Positions 49,150-60,069 are shown, numbered from the stretch's first letter. The stretch: 64,000 nt of DNA from an uncultured Chloroflexia bacterium (GCA_963810725.1 CAWEOO010000003.1:135314-199313), one strand, 5' to 3'. Program-made: numbers and translations. Notes: a model not told the origin generated them from the sequence alone.

Positions 49150-50748
49150 ATGATGGCCACTGTCCTTGCACAAAGACGACCTTTGGCAGCGGGAGGATCG
49201 GCATTGCCGACGAATGAAGAGCGAGCCGCGCGGCTCGATGCGATGCGCGCAGAGTCGATGCTCGGCGGCGGACAGGAACGCATCGATCAGCAACATAAGC
49301 GCGGAAAGCTGACGGCGCGCGAACGGCTGGACCTGCTTCTCGACGCCGATTCGTTCGTCGAACTGGATGCGTTCGTCACGAACCGGAACCCCGAGGCCGA
49401 GACCGCGTTTCTTGGCGATGGCGTGGTCACCGGGCACGGCACCATCGACGGTCGGCTCGTCTTCGTGTTCAGCCAGGACTTCACCGTGTTCGGTGGATCG
49501 TTGTCGGAGGCGTACGCGGAAAAGATCTGCAAGGTCATGGATCTCGCGATGAAGGTCGGGGCGCCGATCGTCGGTCTCAACGATTCGGGTGGCGCCCGCA
49601 TCCAGGAGGGCGTGGTATCCCTCGGCGGCTACGCCGACATCTTCCTGCGCAACACGCTGGCGTCGGGCGTCGTGCCGCAGCTGTCGCTCGTCATGGGCCC
49701 TTGTGCCGGTGGCGCCGTGTACTCGCCGGCGATCACCGACTTCACGATCATGGTCGAGGGGACGAGCTACATGTTCGTCACCGGACCGAACGTCGTGAAG
49801 GCGGTCACGCACGAGGACGTCGACGCCGAGACGCTGGGCGGTGCGACGACCCACACGACGCGCAGCGGCGTCGCCCACATCGCAGCGCATGACGAGGCGG
49901 AGGCACTCGCGGTCGCGCGGCGGATCCTGGGCCACCTCCCGCAGAACAACCTCGGCGAGGCGCCGCGCGGTTCCGCGACCGACCCCGTCGAGCGACGCGA
50001 TGGCGAGCTGGATCGGATCGTCCCCGACGACCCGAGCAAGCCCTACGACATGCACCGTGTGATCGAACTCGTGATCGACGACGGCGCGTTCCTCGAGATC
50101 CAGCCCGGCTGGGCACCGAACATCCTGACCGGGTTCGCGCGGCTTGGCGGGCGCAGCGTCGGGATCGTCGCCCAGCAACCGGCGGTGCTGGCGGGGGCCC
50201 TGGACATCGACGCCTCCACGAAGGCGGCGCGCTTCGTTCGGACCTGCGACTGCTTCAATGTGCCGCTCGTGACTCTGGTCGATGTGCCGGGTTTCATGCC
50301 GGGTGTCGACCAGGAGCACGGCGGGATCATCCGCCACGGCGCGAAGCTGTTGTACGCGTACTGCGAAGCGACGGTGCCGAAGCTGACCGTCATCACGCGC
50401 AAAGCCTACGGCGGCGCGTACGACGTCATGTCCAGCAAGCATGTGCGCGGTGATATCAACCTCGCCTGGCCGACCGCGGAGATCGCGGTGATGGGCGCGG
50501 AGGGCGCGGTCAACATCCTGCATCGCGACACGATCGCGTCCGCTGCCGATCCGGCCACCGAGCGCGCGCGGCTGGTCGCCGACTACGAGGAGCGATTCGC
50601 CAACCCGTATGCCGCCGCGGCCCGTGGCTATGTGGACGACGTGATCCGGCCATCCGACACGCGGCCGCGACTCATCGCCGCGCTGGAGATGCTTGCCGAC
50701 AAGCGGGACACGAATCCGCCCAAGAAGCACGGCAACATCCCGCTGTGA
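49150..50748 (+). CDS. pccB: Propionyl-CoA carboxylase beta chain / methylmalonyl-CoA carboxyltransferase.
   Basis: It has carboxyltransferase family motifs ([40 protein letters not shown]...). Confidence 0.9.
   Translation: MMATVLAQRRPLAAGGSALPTNEERAARLDAMRAESMLGGGQERIDQQHKRGKLTARERLDLLLDADSFVELDAFVTNRNPEAETAFLGDGVVTGHGTIDGRLVFVFSQDFTVFGGSLSEAYAEKICKVMDLAMKVGAPIVGLNDSGGARIQEGVVSLGGYADIFLRNTLASGVVPQLSLVMGPCAGGAVYSPAITDFTIMVEGTSYMFVTGPNVVKAVTHEDVDAETLGGATTHTTRSGVAHIAAHDEAEALAVARRILGHLPQNNLGEAPRGSATDPVERRDGELDRIVPDDPSKPYDMHRVIELVIDDGAFLEIQPGWAPNILTGFARLGGRSVGIVAQQPAVLAGALDIDASTKAARFVRTCDCFNVPLVTLVDVPGFMPGVDQEHGGIIRHGAKLLYAYCEATVPKLTVITRKAYGGAYDVMSSKHVRGDINLAWPTAEIAVMGAEGAVNILHRDTIASAADPATERARLVADYEERFANPYAAAARGYVDDVIRPSDTRPRLIAALEMLADKRDTNPPKKHGNIPL
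49162..49177. repeat. GTCCTTGCACAAAGAC, a 14/16 match to the palindrome, at codons 5-9 of pccB.
   Basis: It is a degenerate copy lying 60 bp from the DnaA-box pair. Confidence 0.4.
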
Positions 50749-52853
50749 CCGCGCCCTCGCGGACGGCGTCCGACGCCGCGTCTTTGCGCAAAGACGGTGG
50801 CCGGCCATTCGCCCGGATCCTGATCGCGAATCGCGGGGAGATCGCCCTGCGCATCATGCGGACCTGTCGCGATCTCGGCATCGAAACGGTGGCCGTCTAC
50901 TCCGACGCCGACGCGGATGCGTCCCACGTCCAGTCGGCCGATCTCGCCGTCCGGCTCGGCCCGGCGCCGGCGTCGGAGAGCTACCTGCGCTTGGACGCGA
51001 TCGTCGAGGCGGCCATGGCCACGGGTGCCGAGGCGATCCACCCAGGCTACGGATTCCTGTCCGAGCGGGCAGCGTTCGCGCGGGCGGTGATCCATGCCGG
51101 TCTCGCCTTCATCGGACCGAGTCCCGATGCCATCGATGCCCTCGGCGACAAGCTGACCGCCCGCCGAACCGCGATGGCGGCCGGCGTCCCGGTGGTGCCG
51201 GGGACGTTCGAGGCTGCGGCCGTGGACCGCCCCGACGAGGCGGCGGCCGTCGTCGCGGCGGCGGAGGCCGTCGGTTTCCCGTTGCTCGTGAAGGCGTCGG
51301 CCGGCGGTGGTGGCCGCGGCATGCGTCACGTCGCGTCGCCCTCGGACTTGCCGGCCGCCCTGGCGGCAGGATCGGCGGAGGCGTTGGCCGCATTCGGTGA
51401 TGGCGCGGTGTACCTGGAACGCGAGGTGCGTCCAGCCCGGCACATCGAGGTGCAACTCCTGGGCGATGCGGACGGCACGATCGTGGCGCTGGGGGAGCGG
51501 GACTGCTCGATCCAGCGGCGGCACCAGAAGCTCGTCGAGGAATCGCCGGCGCCGGGCCTGACGCCCGATGAGCGAGCAGAGCTGCACGACCTCGCGATCC
51601 GGGCCGCACGCGCCGCCCGGCTGCACAACGCCGCGACGGCGGAGTTCCTGTTCGACACCGACCGGCGGTTCTGGTTCCTCGAGGTCAACGCGCGGCTGCA
51701 GGTCGAACACGGCGTCACGGAGCTCGTCACGGATCTCGATATCGTCGCGGAACAACTGTGGATCGCGGCGGGGGCGCCGCTGCCCGAGGCCGTTCTGGCT
51801 GCGGGTGCCGCCGCGTTGGCACCGACCCGCCATGCGATCGAGATCCGGCTCGCCGCCGAAGATCCGTCGCGTGCTTTCGCGCCGTCGCCGGGCCGGGTGG
51901 GGGAGTGGCGGATGCCATCGGGGCCTGGGGTTCGCATGGATACGGCCATCCGCGCCGGGGAGCGGGTGCCGCCGGACTACGATCCGTTGATCGCCAAGAT
52001 CATGACCGTCGGCCCGGACCGGGTTACTGCCATCGACCGGATGCGGCGGGCGCTCGACGAGGTCGCGGTGACCGGCATCCAGACGACGCTGCCGTTCGAC
52101 CGGGCGTTGCTGCGCGATCCGGCGTTCGGCCTGGGTGAGGTTTCCACGGACTGGGTCGAGACGCACTGGGACGGCGACGCGAGTCGGCGAGAGGCGCTGG
52201 CCGTGGCGGTGCAGGTGGCGGCGGGAGCCGCGGACCCGGGCGGTCCCGGAGATGGGTCGTCCGGCGGGACGGCCCGACACCTGGGCGTCTTTGCGCAAAG
52301 ACGCGGGTGCCGCGGCGTGGCGAAACGCCGGCCGCGCGACGGCCATCGATCGATGGCCGCGGTGAGCGGCAGGGCGGACTCCCGACCCAGGCGCGTCTCG
52401 ACGGCTCCGGCGACCGCCCATCCAGGCGATGAGCCGGTGACCGTCGACTCGCCGTCGAGCGCGGCCCTCGGACCGAATGGGGTGGTCGGACTGGTCGGCG
52501 CCCTCGATCGCGACGGCCGCCGTCTGGTCGAGGTCGTCGTCGACGGCTGGCGATTCGAACTCCTCGTGGAGGATGAGGCCAGGGCCGACCTGCGCGAGCG
52601 TGCCTCGCGGGACCGCACAGCAGCCGGTTCCGCTGGTGGACCGCTCGAGATCCGTGCCATCATCCCGGGCAGGATCGTGTCCGTGGCCGTCGCGCCCGGT
52701 GACACGGTCGAGGCCGGTCAGACGCTGCTCGCCGTGGAGGCCATGAAGATGCAGAACGAGCTGCGGGCGCCACGGGCGGGGACAGTGACGCATGTGCCGG
52801 TCGGCACCGGCTCCACGGTGGAGCTCGGCGATGTCCTCGTGGTGCTCGCGTGA
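50745..52853 (+). CDS. accA: Acetyl/propionyl-CoA carboxylase alpha subunit, comprising biotin carboxylase and BCCP.
   Basis: It has a biotin carboxylase ATP-grasp domain and a C-terminal biotinyl domain (EAMKMQNE). Its GTG start overlaps the pccB stop as GTGA. Confidence 0.9.
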   Translation: MTAPSRTASDAASLRKDGGRPFARILIANRGEIALRIMRTCRDLGIETVAVYSDADADASHVQSADLAVRLGPAPASESYLRLDAIVEAAMATGAEAIHPGYGFLSERAAFARAVIHAGLAFIGPSPDAIDALGDKLTARRTAMAAGVPVVPGTFEAAAVDRPDEAAAVVAAAEAVGFPLLVKASAGGGGRGMRHVASPSDLPAALAAGSAEALAAFGDGAVYLEREVRPARHIEVQLLGDADGTIVALGERDCSIQRRHQKLVEESPAPGLTPDERAELHDLAIRAARAARLHNAATAEFLFDTDRRFWFLEVNARLQVEHGVTELVTDLDIVAEQLWIAAGAPLPEAVLAAGAAALAPTRHAIEIRLAAEDPSRAFAPSPGRVGEWRMPSGPGVRMDTAIRAGERVPPDYDPLIAKIMTVGPDRVTAIDRMRRALDEVAVTGIQTTLPFDRALLRDPAFGLGEVSTDWVETHWDGDASRREALAVAVQVAAGAADPGGPGDGSSGGTARHLGVFAQRRGCRGVAKRRPRDGHRSMAAVSGRADSRPRRVSTAPATAHPGDEPVTVDSPSSAALGPNGVVGLVGALDRDGRRLVEVVVDGWRFELLVEDEARADLRERASRDRTAAGSAGGPLEIRAIIPGRIVSVAVAPGDTVEAGQTLLAVEAMKMQNELRAPRAGTVTHVPVGTGSTVELGDVLVVLA
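50780..50795. repeat. GTCTTTGCGCAAAGAC, a perfect 16-bp palindrome, at codons 12-17 of accA.
   Basis: It is an exact copy. It is read in-frame as S-L-R-K-D. Confidence 0.6.
52287..52302. repeat. GTCTTTGCGCAAAGAC, a perfect 16-bp palindrome, in the BC-BCCP linker of accA.
   Basis: It is an exact copy. It is read as V-F-A-Q-R, a different frame from the copy at 50780. Confidence 0.6.
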
Positions 52854-54547
52854 CCCCGCCACACGACCGGCCGCCGCGCCCGGTGGGGGAGGGCAAGGAC
52901 CCGGCCCGGGAACGGTGGCGCCAGACGCTCCGGGCCAAGGCCGCGGAGGCTGCGCCGGAACGGCGCGCCCGCTTCGAGACTTCGTCCGGCCTCGAGATCC
53001 GCGACCTGTACACCGCCGCCGATCTGGCCGGGATGGACGAGAATCGCGATCTCGGCCGCCCAGGCGAGTACCCATTCGCGCGCGGCGTCCAGCCGACCAT
53101 GTACCGCAGCCGCTTTTGGACGATGCGTCAGTACGCCGGGTTCGCGACGGCCGAGGAGACGAACCGCCGCTTCCGCTACCTCCTGGACCACGGCCAGACC
53201 GGCCTGTCGGTCGCGTTCGACCTCCCGACCCAGATGGGCTACGACTCCGACGCCCCGGCGGCAGAGGGCGAGGTCGGCCGGGTCGGGGTGCCCATCAGCA
53301 GCCTGGCCGACATGGCGGTGCTGGTCGACGGCCTGCCCCTGGGCGAGGTCAGCACCTCGATGACGATCAACGCGACCGCACCCATCCTGCTCGCGCTGTA
53401 CGTGGCGGCCGCCGAGGCCCAGGGCGTGGCTCGCGAGCGGATCTCGGGCACGACCCAGAACGACATCCTCAAGGAGTACATCGCCCGGGGGACCTACATC
53501 TTTCCGCCGCGCCCGTCGATGCGCCTCGTGACCGACGTCTTCGAGTTCTGCGCCCGCGAGCTGCCTCGCTGGAACACGATCTCCATCAGCGGCTACCACA
53601 TGCGCGAGGCCGGGGCGACAGCCGCTCAGGAGCTCGCGTTCACCCTGGCCGACGCCATCGCCTACGTCGAGGCGGCCGTTGACCGAGGGCTCGACGTCGA
53701 CGACTTCGCCGGGCGCCTGTCCTTCTTCTTCGCGGCCTGGTCGGAGCTGTTCGAGGAGGTCGCCAAGTTCCGGGTGGCCCGCCGCATGTGGGCGACGATC
53801 ATGCGCGAGCGGTTCGGGGCGACGAACCCCAAGTCGCTGCTGTGCCGGTTCCACGTCCAGACCGCCGGGTCCAGCCTGACCGCCCAGTCGATCGACAACA
53901 ACGTGGTGCGCACCACGGTCCAGGCGCTGGCCGCGATCCTGGGCGGAGCGCAAAGCCTGCACACGAACTCCCGCGACGAGGCGCTCGCTCTCCCGACCGA
54001 GGAGGCCGCCCGGCTGGCCCTGCGAACGCAGCAGATCCTGGCCTACGAGGCGGGGGTGACCGAGACGCCCGATCCCCTGGCCGGCTCCTATTACGTGGAG
54101 AGCCTTACGAACGAGCTCGAGGCCGCCGCCTGGGCCTACCTCGATGAGATCGAGTCGTTGGGTGGGACGCTCGCGGCCATCGAGCGCGGCTTCCAGCAGC
54201 GCGAGATCCAGGAGGCGGCCTACCGCGTCCAGCGTGCGGTCGACAGCGGCGACCAGGTCGTCGTCGGCGTGAACAAGTTCCGCGACGACGAGGTCGCCAC
54301 GCCACCGACCCAGCGGATCGATCCAGAAGGGGAGCGCCGCCAGATCGAACGCGTCCGGAAGGTCCGGGCGGAGCGTTCCGCCGAGGCGTGGGGCTCGGCC
54401 ATGGACGAGCTCGAGCGGGTCGCGCTGGCGGACGGCAATCTGATGCCGGCGATCCTCGCGGCGGTCCGTGTCTACGCCACGGTCGGGGAGATCAGCGACC
54501 GGCTTCGGGTGACATGGGGCGAGCACCGCGAACTCATCACGGTCTGA
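52850..54547 (+). CDS. mcm: Methylmalonyl-CoA mutase family catalytic (large) subunit of 565 aa with no fused B12-binding domain.
   Basis: It has MCM substrate-binding barrel motifs ([25 protein letters not shown]...[20 protein letters not shown]). It stops where a fused enzyme would begin the cobalamin-binding domain. Confidence 0.88.
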   Translation: MTPPHDRPPRPVGEGKDPARERWRQTLRAKAAEAAPERRARFETSSGLEIRDLYTAADLAGMDENRDLGRPGEYPFARGVQPTMYRSRFWTMRQYAGFATAEETNRRFRYLLDHGQTGLSVAFDLPTQMGYDSDAPAAEGEVGRVGVPISSLADMAVLVDGLPLGEVSTSMTINATAPILLALYVAAAEAQGVARERISGTTQNDILKEYIARGTYIFPPRPSMRLVTDVFEFCARELPRWNTISISGYHMREAGATAAQELAFTLADAIAYVEAAVDRGLDVDDFAGRLSFFFAAWSELFEEVAKFRVARRMWATIMRERFGATNPKSLLCRFHVQTAGSSLTAQSIDNNVVRTTVQALAAILGGAQSLHTNSRDEALALPTEEAARLALRTQQILAYEAGVTETPDPLAGSYYVESLTNELEAAAWAYLDEIESLGGTLAAIERGFQQREIQEAAYRVQRAVDSGDQVVVGVNKFRDDEVATPPTQRIDPEGERRQIERVRKVRAERSAEAWGSAMDELERVALADGNLMPAILAAVRVYATVGEISDRLRVTWGEHRELITV

Positions 54548-55085
54548 CCCCGAACGGGATCCGCCAGCGCGGCCGCCACCGACCCGCCGCGTCCTGGCAC
54601 CACAGCTCGAGGCGCTGGGCTCGGCGGACGAATGGCGCGACGCGGGCGGCGGCGTCTTCGATGGCCCCGAGCGGCGCGACCTCGGACTCGACCAGCGTCA
54701 GGTGCGGGATGACGGTCTCGAAGGTCCCGCCGTAGGGCGGGTGGTCCGGCCAGCGCTCGGCGACCGCCGCGGTCAGCGCCGCGAACGGTTCGGCGGGCTC
54801 TGGTTCGATCCAGACGAGGTCCGCGAAGCGGCGCACCCGCTCGAAGCGGACGTTGCATGCCGGTACGCTCGCGGCGACGGCGGCGAGCGTCGCGCGGTCG
54901 GCCGAGCCGAGCGACTCGCATGGCAGAAAGGGGTACAGGATCGTGACATGCGGCCCGGCGCCAGCGAGGGCCGCCCGGTCCCAGCGTCGGCGAAGGTCGT
55001 CCAGGGCCGGCGGCACGGCGAACGGCACCACCAGCCCGCTGGCCACGGGCCATGGGATCGACCCGGGAACATCCGTCTCCGGCAT
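54537..55085 (-). CDS. 2H phosphoesterase superfamily protein, 2'-5' RNA ligase (LigT)-like.
   Basis: It has two H-x-T/S-x motifs (HVTILYPF ... HLTLVESE). It corresponds to the C-terminal part of the composite 580-aa ORF. Confidence 0.6.
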   Translation of the reverse strand: MPETDVPGSIPWPVASGLVVPFAVPPALDDLRRRWDRAALAGAGPHVTILYPFLPCESLGSADRATLAAVAASVPACNVRFERVRRFADLVWIEPEPAEPFAALTAAVAERWPDHPPYGGTFETVIPHLTLVESEVAPLGAIEDAAARVAPFVRRAQRLELWCQDAAGRWRPRWRIPFGVRP

Positions 55086-55203
55086 CGACGACAGGGTACG
55101 CTCCGTCCGTGAGGAATCGACCGATGGACGACGGGGCTCGCGCGACGATCCGCGTTGCGGCCATCGCCGTGCCCGGCTGGCGCACGTTCCCGGGGACCAG
55201 GCC

Positions 55204-55671
55204 GTGAGCGCGGGTCGGCCACTCCCGCTCCGCATCCGGTCGCTCGGCAAGATCCACCATGTCGCGCTGATCGTCGCCTCGATCGAGGCGGCGCTGGGGC
55301 TGTGGCGGGACCAGCTGGGCCTCGAGGTCGAGACGATCATGGACATCGAGCACGACCGCGTGCGCATCGCGTTCCTGTCCGTCGGGGAATCGAAGGTCGA
55401 ACTCGTCCAGCCCACGGACGACACCACCGGTGTCGCGCGGTTCCTCGCCTCGAAGGGGGAGGGGTTCCACCACGTGTGCTTCGAGGTGCCCAACCTGACC
55501 GAGACGCTGCTGCGCCTGGAGATGGATGGCCTCGAACTCATCGACACCGCACCCCGGCGGGGGGCGGAGGGGCCGGTCGCGTTCATCCACCCGCGCTCGT
55601 GCCACGGTGTCCTGGTCGAGCTCATCGAGGCGCCCGGCGGGCCGGGCTGGACGGCGCTCGGGTTCGCCTGA
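55204..55671 (+). CDS. mce: Methylmalonyl-CoA epimerase (VOC/glyoxalase fold).
   Basis: The protein reads KIHHVALIV...HHVCFEV...[14 protein letters not shown], the metal-binding residue pattern of this family. Confidence 0.85.
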   Translation: MSAGRPLPLRIRSLGKIHHVALIVASIEAALGLWRDQLGLEVETIMDIEHDRVRIAFLSVGESKVELVQPTDDTTGVARFLASKGEGFHHVCFEVPNLTETLLRLEMDGLELIDTAPRRGAEGPVAFIHPRSCHGVLVELIEAPGGPGWTALGFA

Positions 55672-55727
55672 GCTATCCTCGGGCGGCACCCAACACCGAC
55701 ACCGCAACTCGACCTGGAGGAGCCCCG

Positions 55728-56048
55728 ATGATCGTTTCCACGACCCCGACCCTCGAAGGACGCCCGATCGCCGAATACAAGGGCCTGGTGACCGGCGAGG
55801 CGATCCTTGGCGCGAACATCTTCAAGGACCTGTTCGCCGGGATCCGCGACATCGTCGGCGGGCGCTCCGGCGCGTACGAGCAGGAGCTCAACAAGGCCCG
55901 CACCATCGCGGTCGAGGAGATGACGGCCGCAGCGTCTGCGCTGGGCGCCGACGCGATCGTGGGCGTGGACCTCGATTACGAGACCGTCGGCCAGGGCGGC
56001 TCGATGCTCATGGTCACCGCGTCCGGCACGGCCGTTAAGCTCGGGTAA
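55728..56048 (+). CDS. YbjQ/UPF0145 family protein.
   Basis: The protein reads [57 protein letters not shown] Shine-Dalgarno is present. Confidence 0.8.
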   Translation: MIVSTTPTLEGRPIAEYKGLVTGEAILGANIFKDLFAGIRDIVGGRSGAYEQELNKARTIAVEEMTAAASALGADAIVGVDLDYETVGQGGSMLMVTASGTAVKLG

Positions 56049-56086
56049 CCCCGCGCCGCGGCGTCCTCCGTACTCGGGGCTGAAAC

Positions 56087-56353
56087 TCAGTCGCGGAACG
56101 CGCGCGAGTTCTTTGTCCGCTCTTCCTTCGAGGGCTTCGGCTCGCGTCCGGGTCGCGGCGGTCGCGGCGCCGTGCCGGGAGCCATCGGAGGCGGGGGCTC
56201 GACCGGCCCGCGCGCTCGGGCCGCTGCGACCGCGGTCGTGAAGGCCTTGGCGGCATCGGGTGCGAGGCTGCCCAGCCATGCGGCCTCGATCTCCTTGACC
56301 CGGATCGTCTCGGCGGCTCGTCGTTCGCGCTCGGCGCGAGAGTGCTTGGTCAT
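56087..56353 (-). CDS. Small basic, Pro-rich hypothetical protein of 88 aa.
   Basis: It is an ORF with GC3 bias lying within the larger composite ORF 56087..57334. Confidence 0.4.
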   Translation of the reverse strand: MTKHSRAERERRAAETIRVKEIEAAWLGSLAPDAAKAFTTAVAAARARGPVEPPPPMAPGTAPRPPRPGREPKPSKEERTKNSRAFRD

Positions 56354-56436
56354 CGTCGGTCCTCGATCATTCGTGGGTGCCGGACGGGCGGAGGTCTTCC
56401 GTCCGTGGAAAGCTCGAACGGGAAGTGTACGCCCGT

Positions 56437-57282
56437 TCAGCCCGCCGCCGGCTTCGTCGCGCGCAGGGAGAACGCCAGCGGCAGCTCTCCGGCCCCGGGC
56501 GGCAGCACGAAGCGGCCAGTCCCCGGCGCGCTCTCCACGAGGAAGTCGGTGGCCCACTCGAGGTACGAGAGCTCCTCGAGCGACTCGATCCGCAGTCCGG
56601 CGTCGATGAGGGCGGTGACGACCTCGCCGAGGCCGTGGTCCCAGCCATGCTCCTTCTGCTCCCCGACATCGGCATCGGGGTTCGCGTAGGAACCCTTCAC
56701 GTCGAACACGAGCGGATCGCGGTGTTCCCAGTACGGATAGAGCGGCCGCAGCTCCCCGGGCGCGACGCCGTCGGTCTCGAACACCTGCAGGACCGGATGG
56801 GCCTCGGTGATGAAGAACGTCCCGCCGGGCGCCAGGAAGTGCGCCACGACCCGAGCCCAGCCGCGGATGTCCGGTAGCCAGCCGAGCACTCCGCGCGAGG
56901 TATAGACGACTTCGAACTCGCCCGCGAGATGTTCGGGCAGGTCGTACAGGTTTGATTCGACGAAGCGGGCGTCCTCGATCCCGATGTCGGCCGCGAGCTC
57001 GCGCGCGAGACGGATAGCCGCCGGCGAGAAATCGGCGCCCGTCACCCGCGCCCCGAGCCGAGCCCACGACAGCGTGTCGATACCGAAGTGGCACTGGAGA
57101 TGCAGGAGCGTCTTGCCGCGGACGTCGCCGACCGCGGCGATCTCGTCGTCCCGGAGGCGCACGCCTCCGGCGCGGAATCCATCGAGGTCGTAGAAGTCGC
57201 CCTCCGCGTGGACCGCCGTCCAGGCATCCCAGAGCCGCCGGTTCGCCTCGTACGAGTCGGCGTGGTCGCCCTGGGCAGTCAC
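56437..57282 (-). CDS. Class I SAM-dependent methyltransferase.
   Basis: It has a SAM-binding motif I region (LLHLQCHFGIDTLSWARLGARVTGADFS). Its GTG start overlaps the upstream stop as GTGA. Confidence 0.8.
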   Translation of the reverse strand: MTAQGDHADSYEANRRLWDAWTAVHAEGDFYDLDGFRAGGVRLRDDEIAAVGDVRGKTLLHLQCHFGIDTLSWARLGARVTGADFSPAAIRLARELAADIGIEDARFVESNLYDLPEHLAGEFEVVYTSRGVLGWLPDIRGWARVVAHFLAPGGTFFITEAHPVLQVFETDGVAPGELRPLYPYWEHRDPLVFDVKGSYANPDADVGEQKEHGWDHGLGEVVTALIDAGLRIESLEELSYLEWATDFLVESAPGTGRFVLPPGAGELPLAFSLRATKPAAG

Positions 57283-57785
57283 CCGGCCGACTCAGCCGCC
57301 TCGGCCGCCGGGCTCGCCACGCGCTCGTCGGCAAAGTTGAACATGTCCAGCTCGCCTGGCGAGTGCCCGGCGGCGGTCAGGAGCACAGCCGCCTCGGAGC
57401 GATGCTGGGTGCCATGGTTCACGACGTGCGCCAGCATCTGCCAGACGGCGATCGCCCCGTGGACGTACGCGAGCATCGCATCGTCGATGCCTTCCAGGAA
57501 CGCGTCGAAGTCGACCCACTCCCGCTCCCAACGTTCGCGGAGCTCGGCAAGCGACGGCAGCGGCTCGTCTTCGGGAGCCGGCGGCTCTCCCGGCGACTGC
57601 GAGATGCCGTGGCGCCAGCGCTGGTGCGCGCCGAGCTGGTGGACGAGGATCCCGCCAAGCCCGCGTTCGTCGATCACGTTCTCCGCGGACCAGGTGGCGT
57701 CATCGATGCCAACGGCCGCATCGAGGACCCGCTGGGTGCTCCAGCGGTCGTAGTCGAACAGGAAGCGAATCTCGGACTGCTGCAA
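57279..57785 (-). CDS. DinB/YfiT-like (DinB_2) metal-dependent hydrolase family protein.
   Basis: It has conserved His motifs (LVHQLGAHQRWRH ... HVVNHGTQHRSEA). The TTG start is preceded by an AAGGAGGA Shine-Dalgarno. Confidence 0.65.
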   Translation of the reverse strand: MQQSEIRFLFDYDRWSTQRVLDAAVGIDDATWSAENVIDERGLGGILVHQLGAHQRWRHGISQSPGEPPAPEDEPLPSLAELRERWEREWVDFDAFLEGIDDAMLAYVHGAIAVWQMLAHVVNHGTQHRSEAAVLLTAAGHSPGELDMFNFADERVASPAAEAAESAG

Positions 57786-57798
57786 CGGTCCTCCTTGG

Positions 57799-58683
57799 TC
57801 AGCCGCGGTAGCCGGCGTCGCGCAGGAGAGCCGGCAACTCGGTCGGGGAGCCGGCGACACGGAAACCCGCCGCCTCGAGTGCCTCGACCTTGGATGCCGC
57901 GGTCCCCGCGCCACCGCTGATGATCGCCCCGGCGTGGCCCATGCGCTTGCCCTCCGGGGCGGTCCGCCCGGCGATGAACGCGACCTTGGGGACGTCGCGC
58001 AGGTGCTCCCCGGCCCAGGCCGCGGCCACCTCCTCGGCTGCGCCCCCGATCTCGCCGATGAGCACGATCGCGTCCGTCTCGTCGTCCGCCGCGAACAGTT
58101 GCAGCACGTCGAGGAAGGTCGTGCCGATGATCGGGTCGCCACCGATCCCGACGCACGTCGACTGGCCGAGCCCAGCATCCGTCATCGCCTGGACGGCTTC
58201 GTAGGTGAGGGTGCCCGACCGGCTCACGACGCCGACCCGGCCCTCGCGATGGATGGCGCCGGGGATGATCCCGACCTTGGCCCGGCCGGGCGAGGTCGCC
58301 CCTGGGCAGTTGGGGCCGATGAGGCGGGCGCCATGCGCCCGTACGACCTCGACGGCCGGGATCATGTCGAGCGCCGGGATCCCCTCGGTGATGCAGAAGA
58401 TCGTGGCGATACCGCTGTTCGCCGCCTCCATGATCGCGTCCGGCGCTCCGGCGGCCGGGACGAAGATCAGGGACGTGTTGGCTCCGGTCTCGCGGACGGC
58501 CTCGGCGACGGTGTCGAAGACGGGGACCGCACCATCGAGGGCGGTCTGGCCGCCCTTGCCCGGGGTCACGCCCGCGACGACCTTCGTGCCGTAGTCGCGA
58601 GACGCACCCGCGTGGAACCCGCCCTCGCGCCCGGTGATGCCCTGCACGACGAGGAGGGTCTCGCGGCCGACGAGGATGCTCAT
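57799..58683 (-). CDS. sucD: Succinyl-CoA synthetase alpha subunit.
   Basis: It has the CoA-binding motif and the phosphohistidine loop (GHAGAII). Confidence 0.92.
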   Translation of the reverse strand: MSILVGRETLLVVQGITGREGGFHAGASRDYGTKVVAGVTPGKGGQTALDGAVPVFDTVAEAVRETGANTSLIFVPAAGAPDAIMEAANSGIATIFCITEGIPALDMIPAVEVVRAHGARLIGPNCPGATSPGRAKVGIIPGAIHREGRVGVVSRSGTLTYEAVQAMTDAGLGQSTCVGIGGDPIIGTTFLDVLQLFAADDETDAIVLIGEIGGAAEEVAAAWAGEHLRDVPKVAFIAGRTAPEGKRMGHAGAIISGGAGTAASKVEALEAAGFRVAGSPTELPALLRDAGYRG

Positions 58684-59861
58684 GCGGGGGTCCCGGCGCG
58701 ACGGGACGCCTCGACCGCCTTGGCCGCCGCCTCATCCAGCGAGGAGGCGGTCTGGAACTGCGCTTCCTCGAGCAGGGTGGCGGCTTCGGCCGCGTTGGTC
58801 CCCACGATCCGGACGACCATCGGCACGTCCCGGGTCTGCTGGGCGCGCGCCTCGATCAGGCCGCGGGCCACCTCGTCGCCGCGGGTGATGCCACCGAAGA
58901 TGTTGACGAGGATCGCATTGACCTTCGGGTCGGTCAGGATGAGGCGCATCGCCGCCGCGACCTTGTCCGCCCGGGCGCCGCCGCCGATGTCGAGGAAGTT
59001 CGCCGGTTCACCGCCAGCCCGCTTGACGAGATCCATCGTCGCCATGGCCAAACCAGCGCCGTTGACCATGCAGCCGATCGTGCCGTCGAGCTTGATGAAC
59101 GTCAGGCCGGCCTCGCGGGCCTCCTTGTCCTCGGGCGCTTCCTCGTCGGGATCGCGCAGGTCTTCAAGGCCGGGATGCCGATCCAGGGCGGAGTCGTCGA
59201 GGGTCACCTTGGCATCGAGACAGACGAGTCGCTCGATGGCGGCCCCGTTGGCATCCGTCTCCCGGACGATCGCCAGCGGATTGATCTCGACGAGATCGGC
59301 GTCGTATGCCTTCATCGTGGTCACCAGCCCCTTGGCGATCACGACGGCCGCTTTCAGGTGGGCGCCCAGGCCCATCGCAAAAGCCAGCTCGCGCGCCTGG
59401 AAATCCTGGAGGCCCAGGAGCGGGTGGGCGTGCCGGCGGATGATCGCGCCGGGGTTCGATGCGGCGACCTGCTCGATCTCGACGCCGCCCTCCGCGGAGC
59501 CCATCAGGAGGATCCCCCGCTCCGCGCGGTCGAGGACGGCCGCGAGGTAGAACTCCTTGACGATGTCGGCGGCCGGCCCGATGAGGACCTTCCTCACGGT
59601 CATGCCCTTGATGTCCATGCCGAGGATCGCCTCGGCCACCGTCTCCGCCTCGTCCGGCGAGCCCGCGAGCTTCACGCCGCCCGCCTTGCCCCGCCCACCG
59701 ACCAGGACCTGGGCCTTGATGACGACCTTGTCGGCGCCGTCGGCGAGGAGCCGTTCTGCCGCGATGCGTGCCTCGGCTGCGGTGTGGGCGACCGCCCAGG
59801 CTGGGACCGGCAGGCCCTGGGCGACGAGCAGCCCTTTGGCGTCGGCTTCGTGCAGTTTCAC
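58680..59861 (-). CDS. sucC: Succinyl-CoA synthetase beta subunit.
   Basis: It has an ATP-grasp N-terminus ([19 protein letters not shown]) and its stop overlaps the sucD start. The start is a GTG. Confidence 0.9.
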   Translation of the reverse strand: MKLHEADAKGLLVAQGLPVPAWAVAHTAAEARIAAERLLADGADKVVIKAQVLVGGRGKAGGVKLAGSPDEAETVAEAILGMDIKGMTVRKVLIGPAADIVKEFYLAAVLDRAERGILLMGSAEGGVEIEQVAASNPGAIIRRHAHPLLGLQDFQARELAFAMGLGAHLKAAVVIAKGLVTTMKAYDADLVEINPLAIVRETDANGAAIERLVCLDAKVTLDDSALDRHPGLEDLRDPDEEAPEDKEAREAGLTFIKLDGTIGCMVNGAGLAMATMDLVKRAGGEPANFLDIGGGARADKVAAAMRLILTDPKVNAILVNIFGGITRGDEVARGLIEARAQQTRDVPMVVRIVGTNAAEAATLLEEAQFQTASSLDEAAAKAVEASRRAGTPA

Positions 59862-60069
59862 GCGCGGCAGGCTCCGGTGGCGGGGGAGGTGTCGGGGACC
59901 GCGATGGTACCGCGTCGGCCCCGCCACGACTGCGCCACGAGCCGTCCGTGACCAGACGCCGGCCCGATCCGTGGCCCCTCGCCGGCCGAATTCGGAACGG
60001 AACGGGGATGCGGCCTCGCCATACTGATTGAGCGTGGCCAGATGGGTCGCGCCACCGCCGAGGGGCGTG

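Noticed and set aside
50628-54526. 815-aa and 602-aa minus-strand ORFs
   Set aside because: They are antisense to accA and mcm, which have unambiguous domain motifs on the plus strand.
54537-56279. 580-aa minus-strand ORF
   Set aside because: Only the C-terminal roughly 180 aa (2H phosphoesterase, 54537-55085) are protein-like. The remainder is antisense to the epimerase and YbjQ genes.
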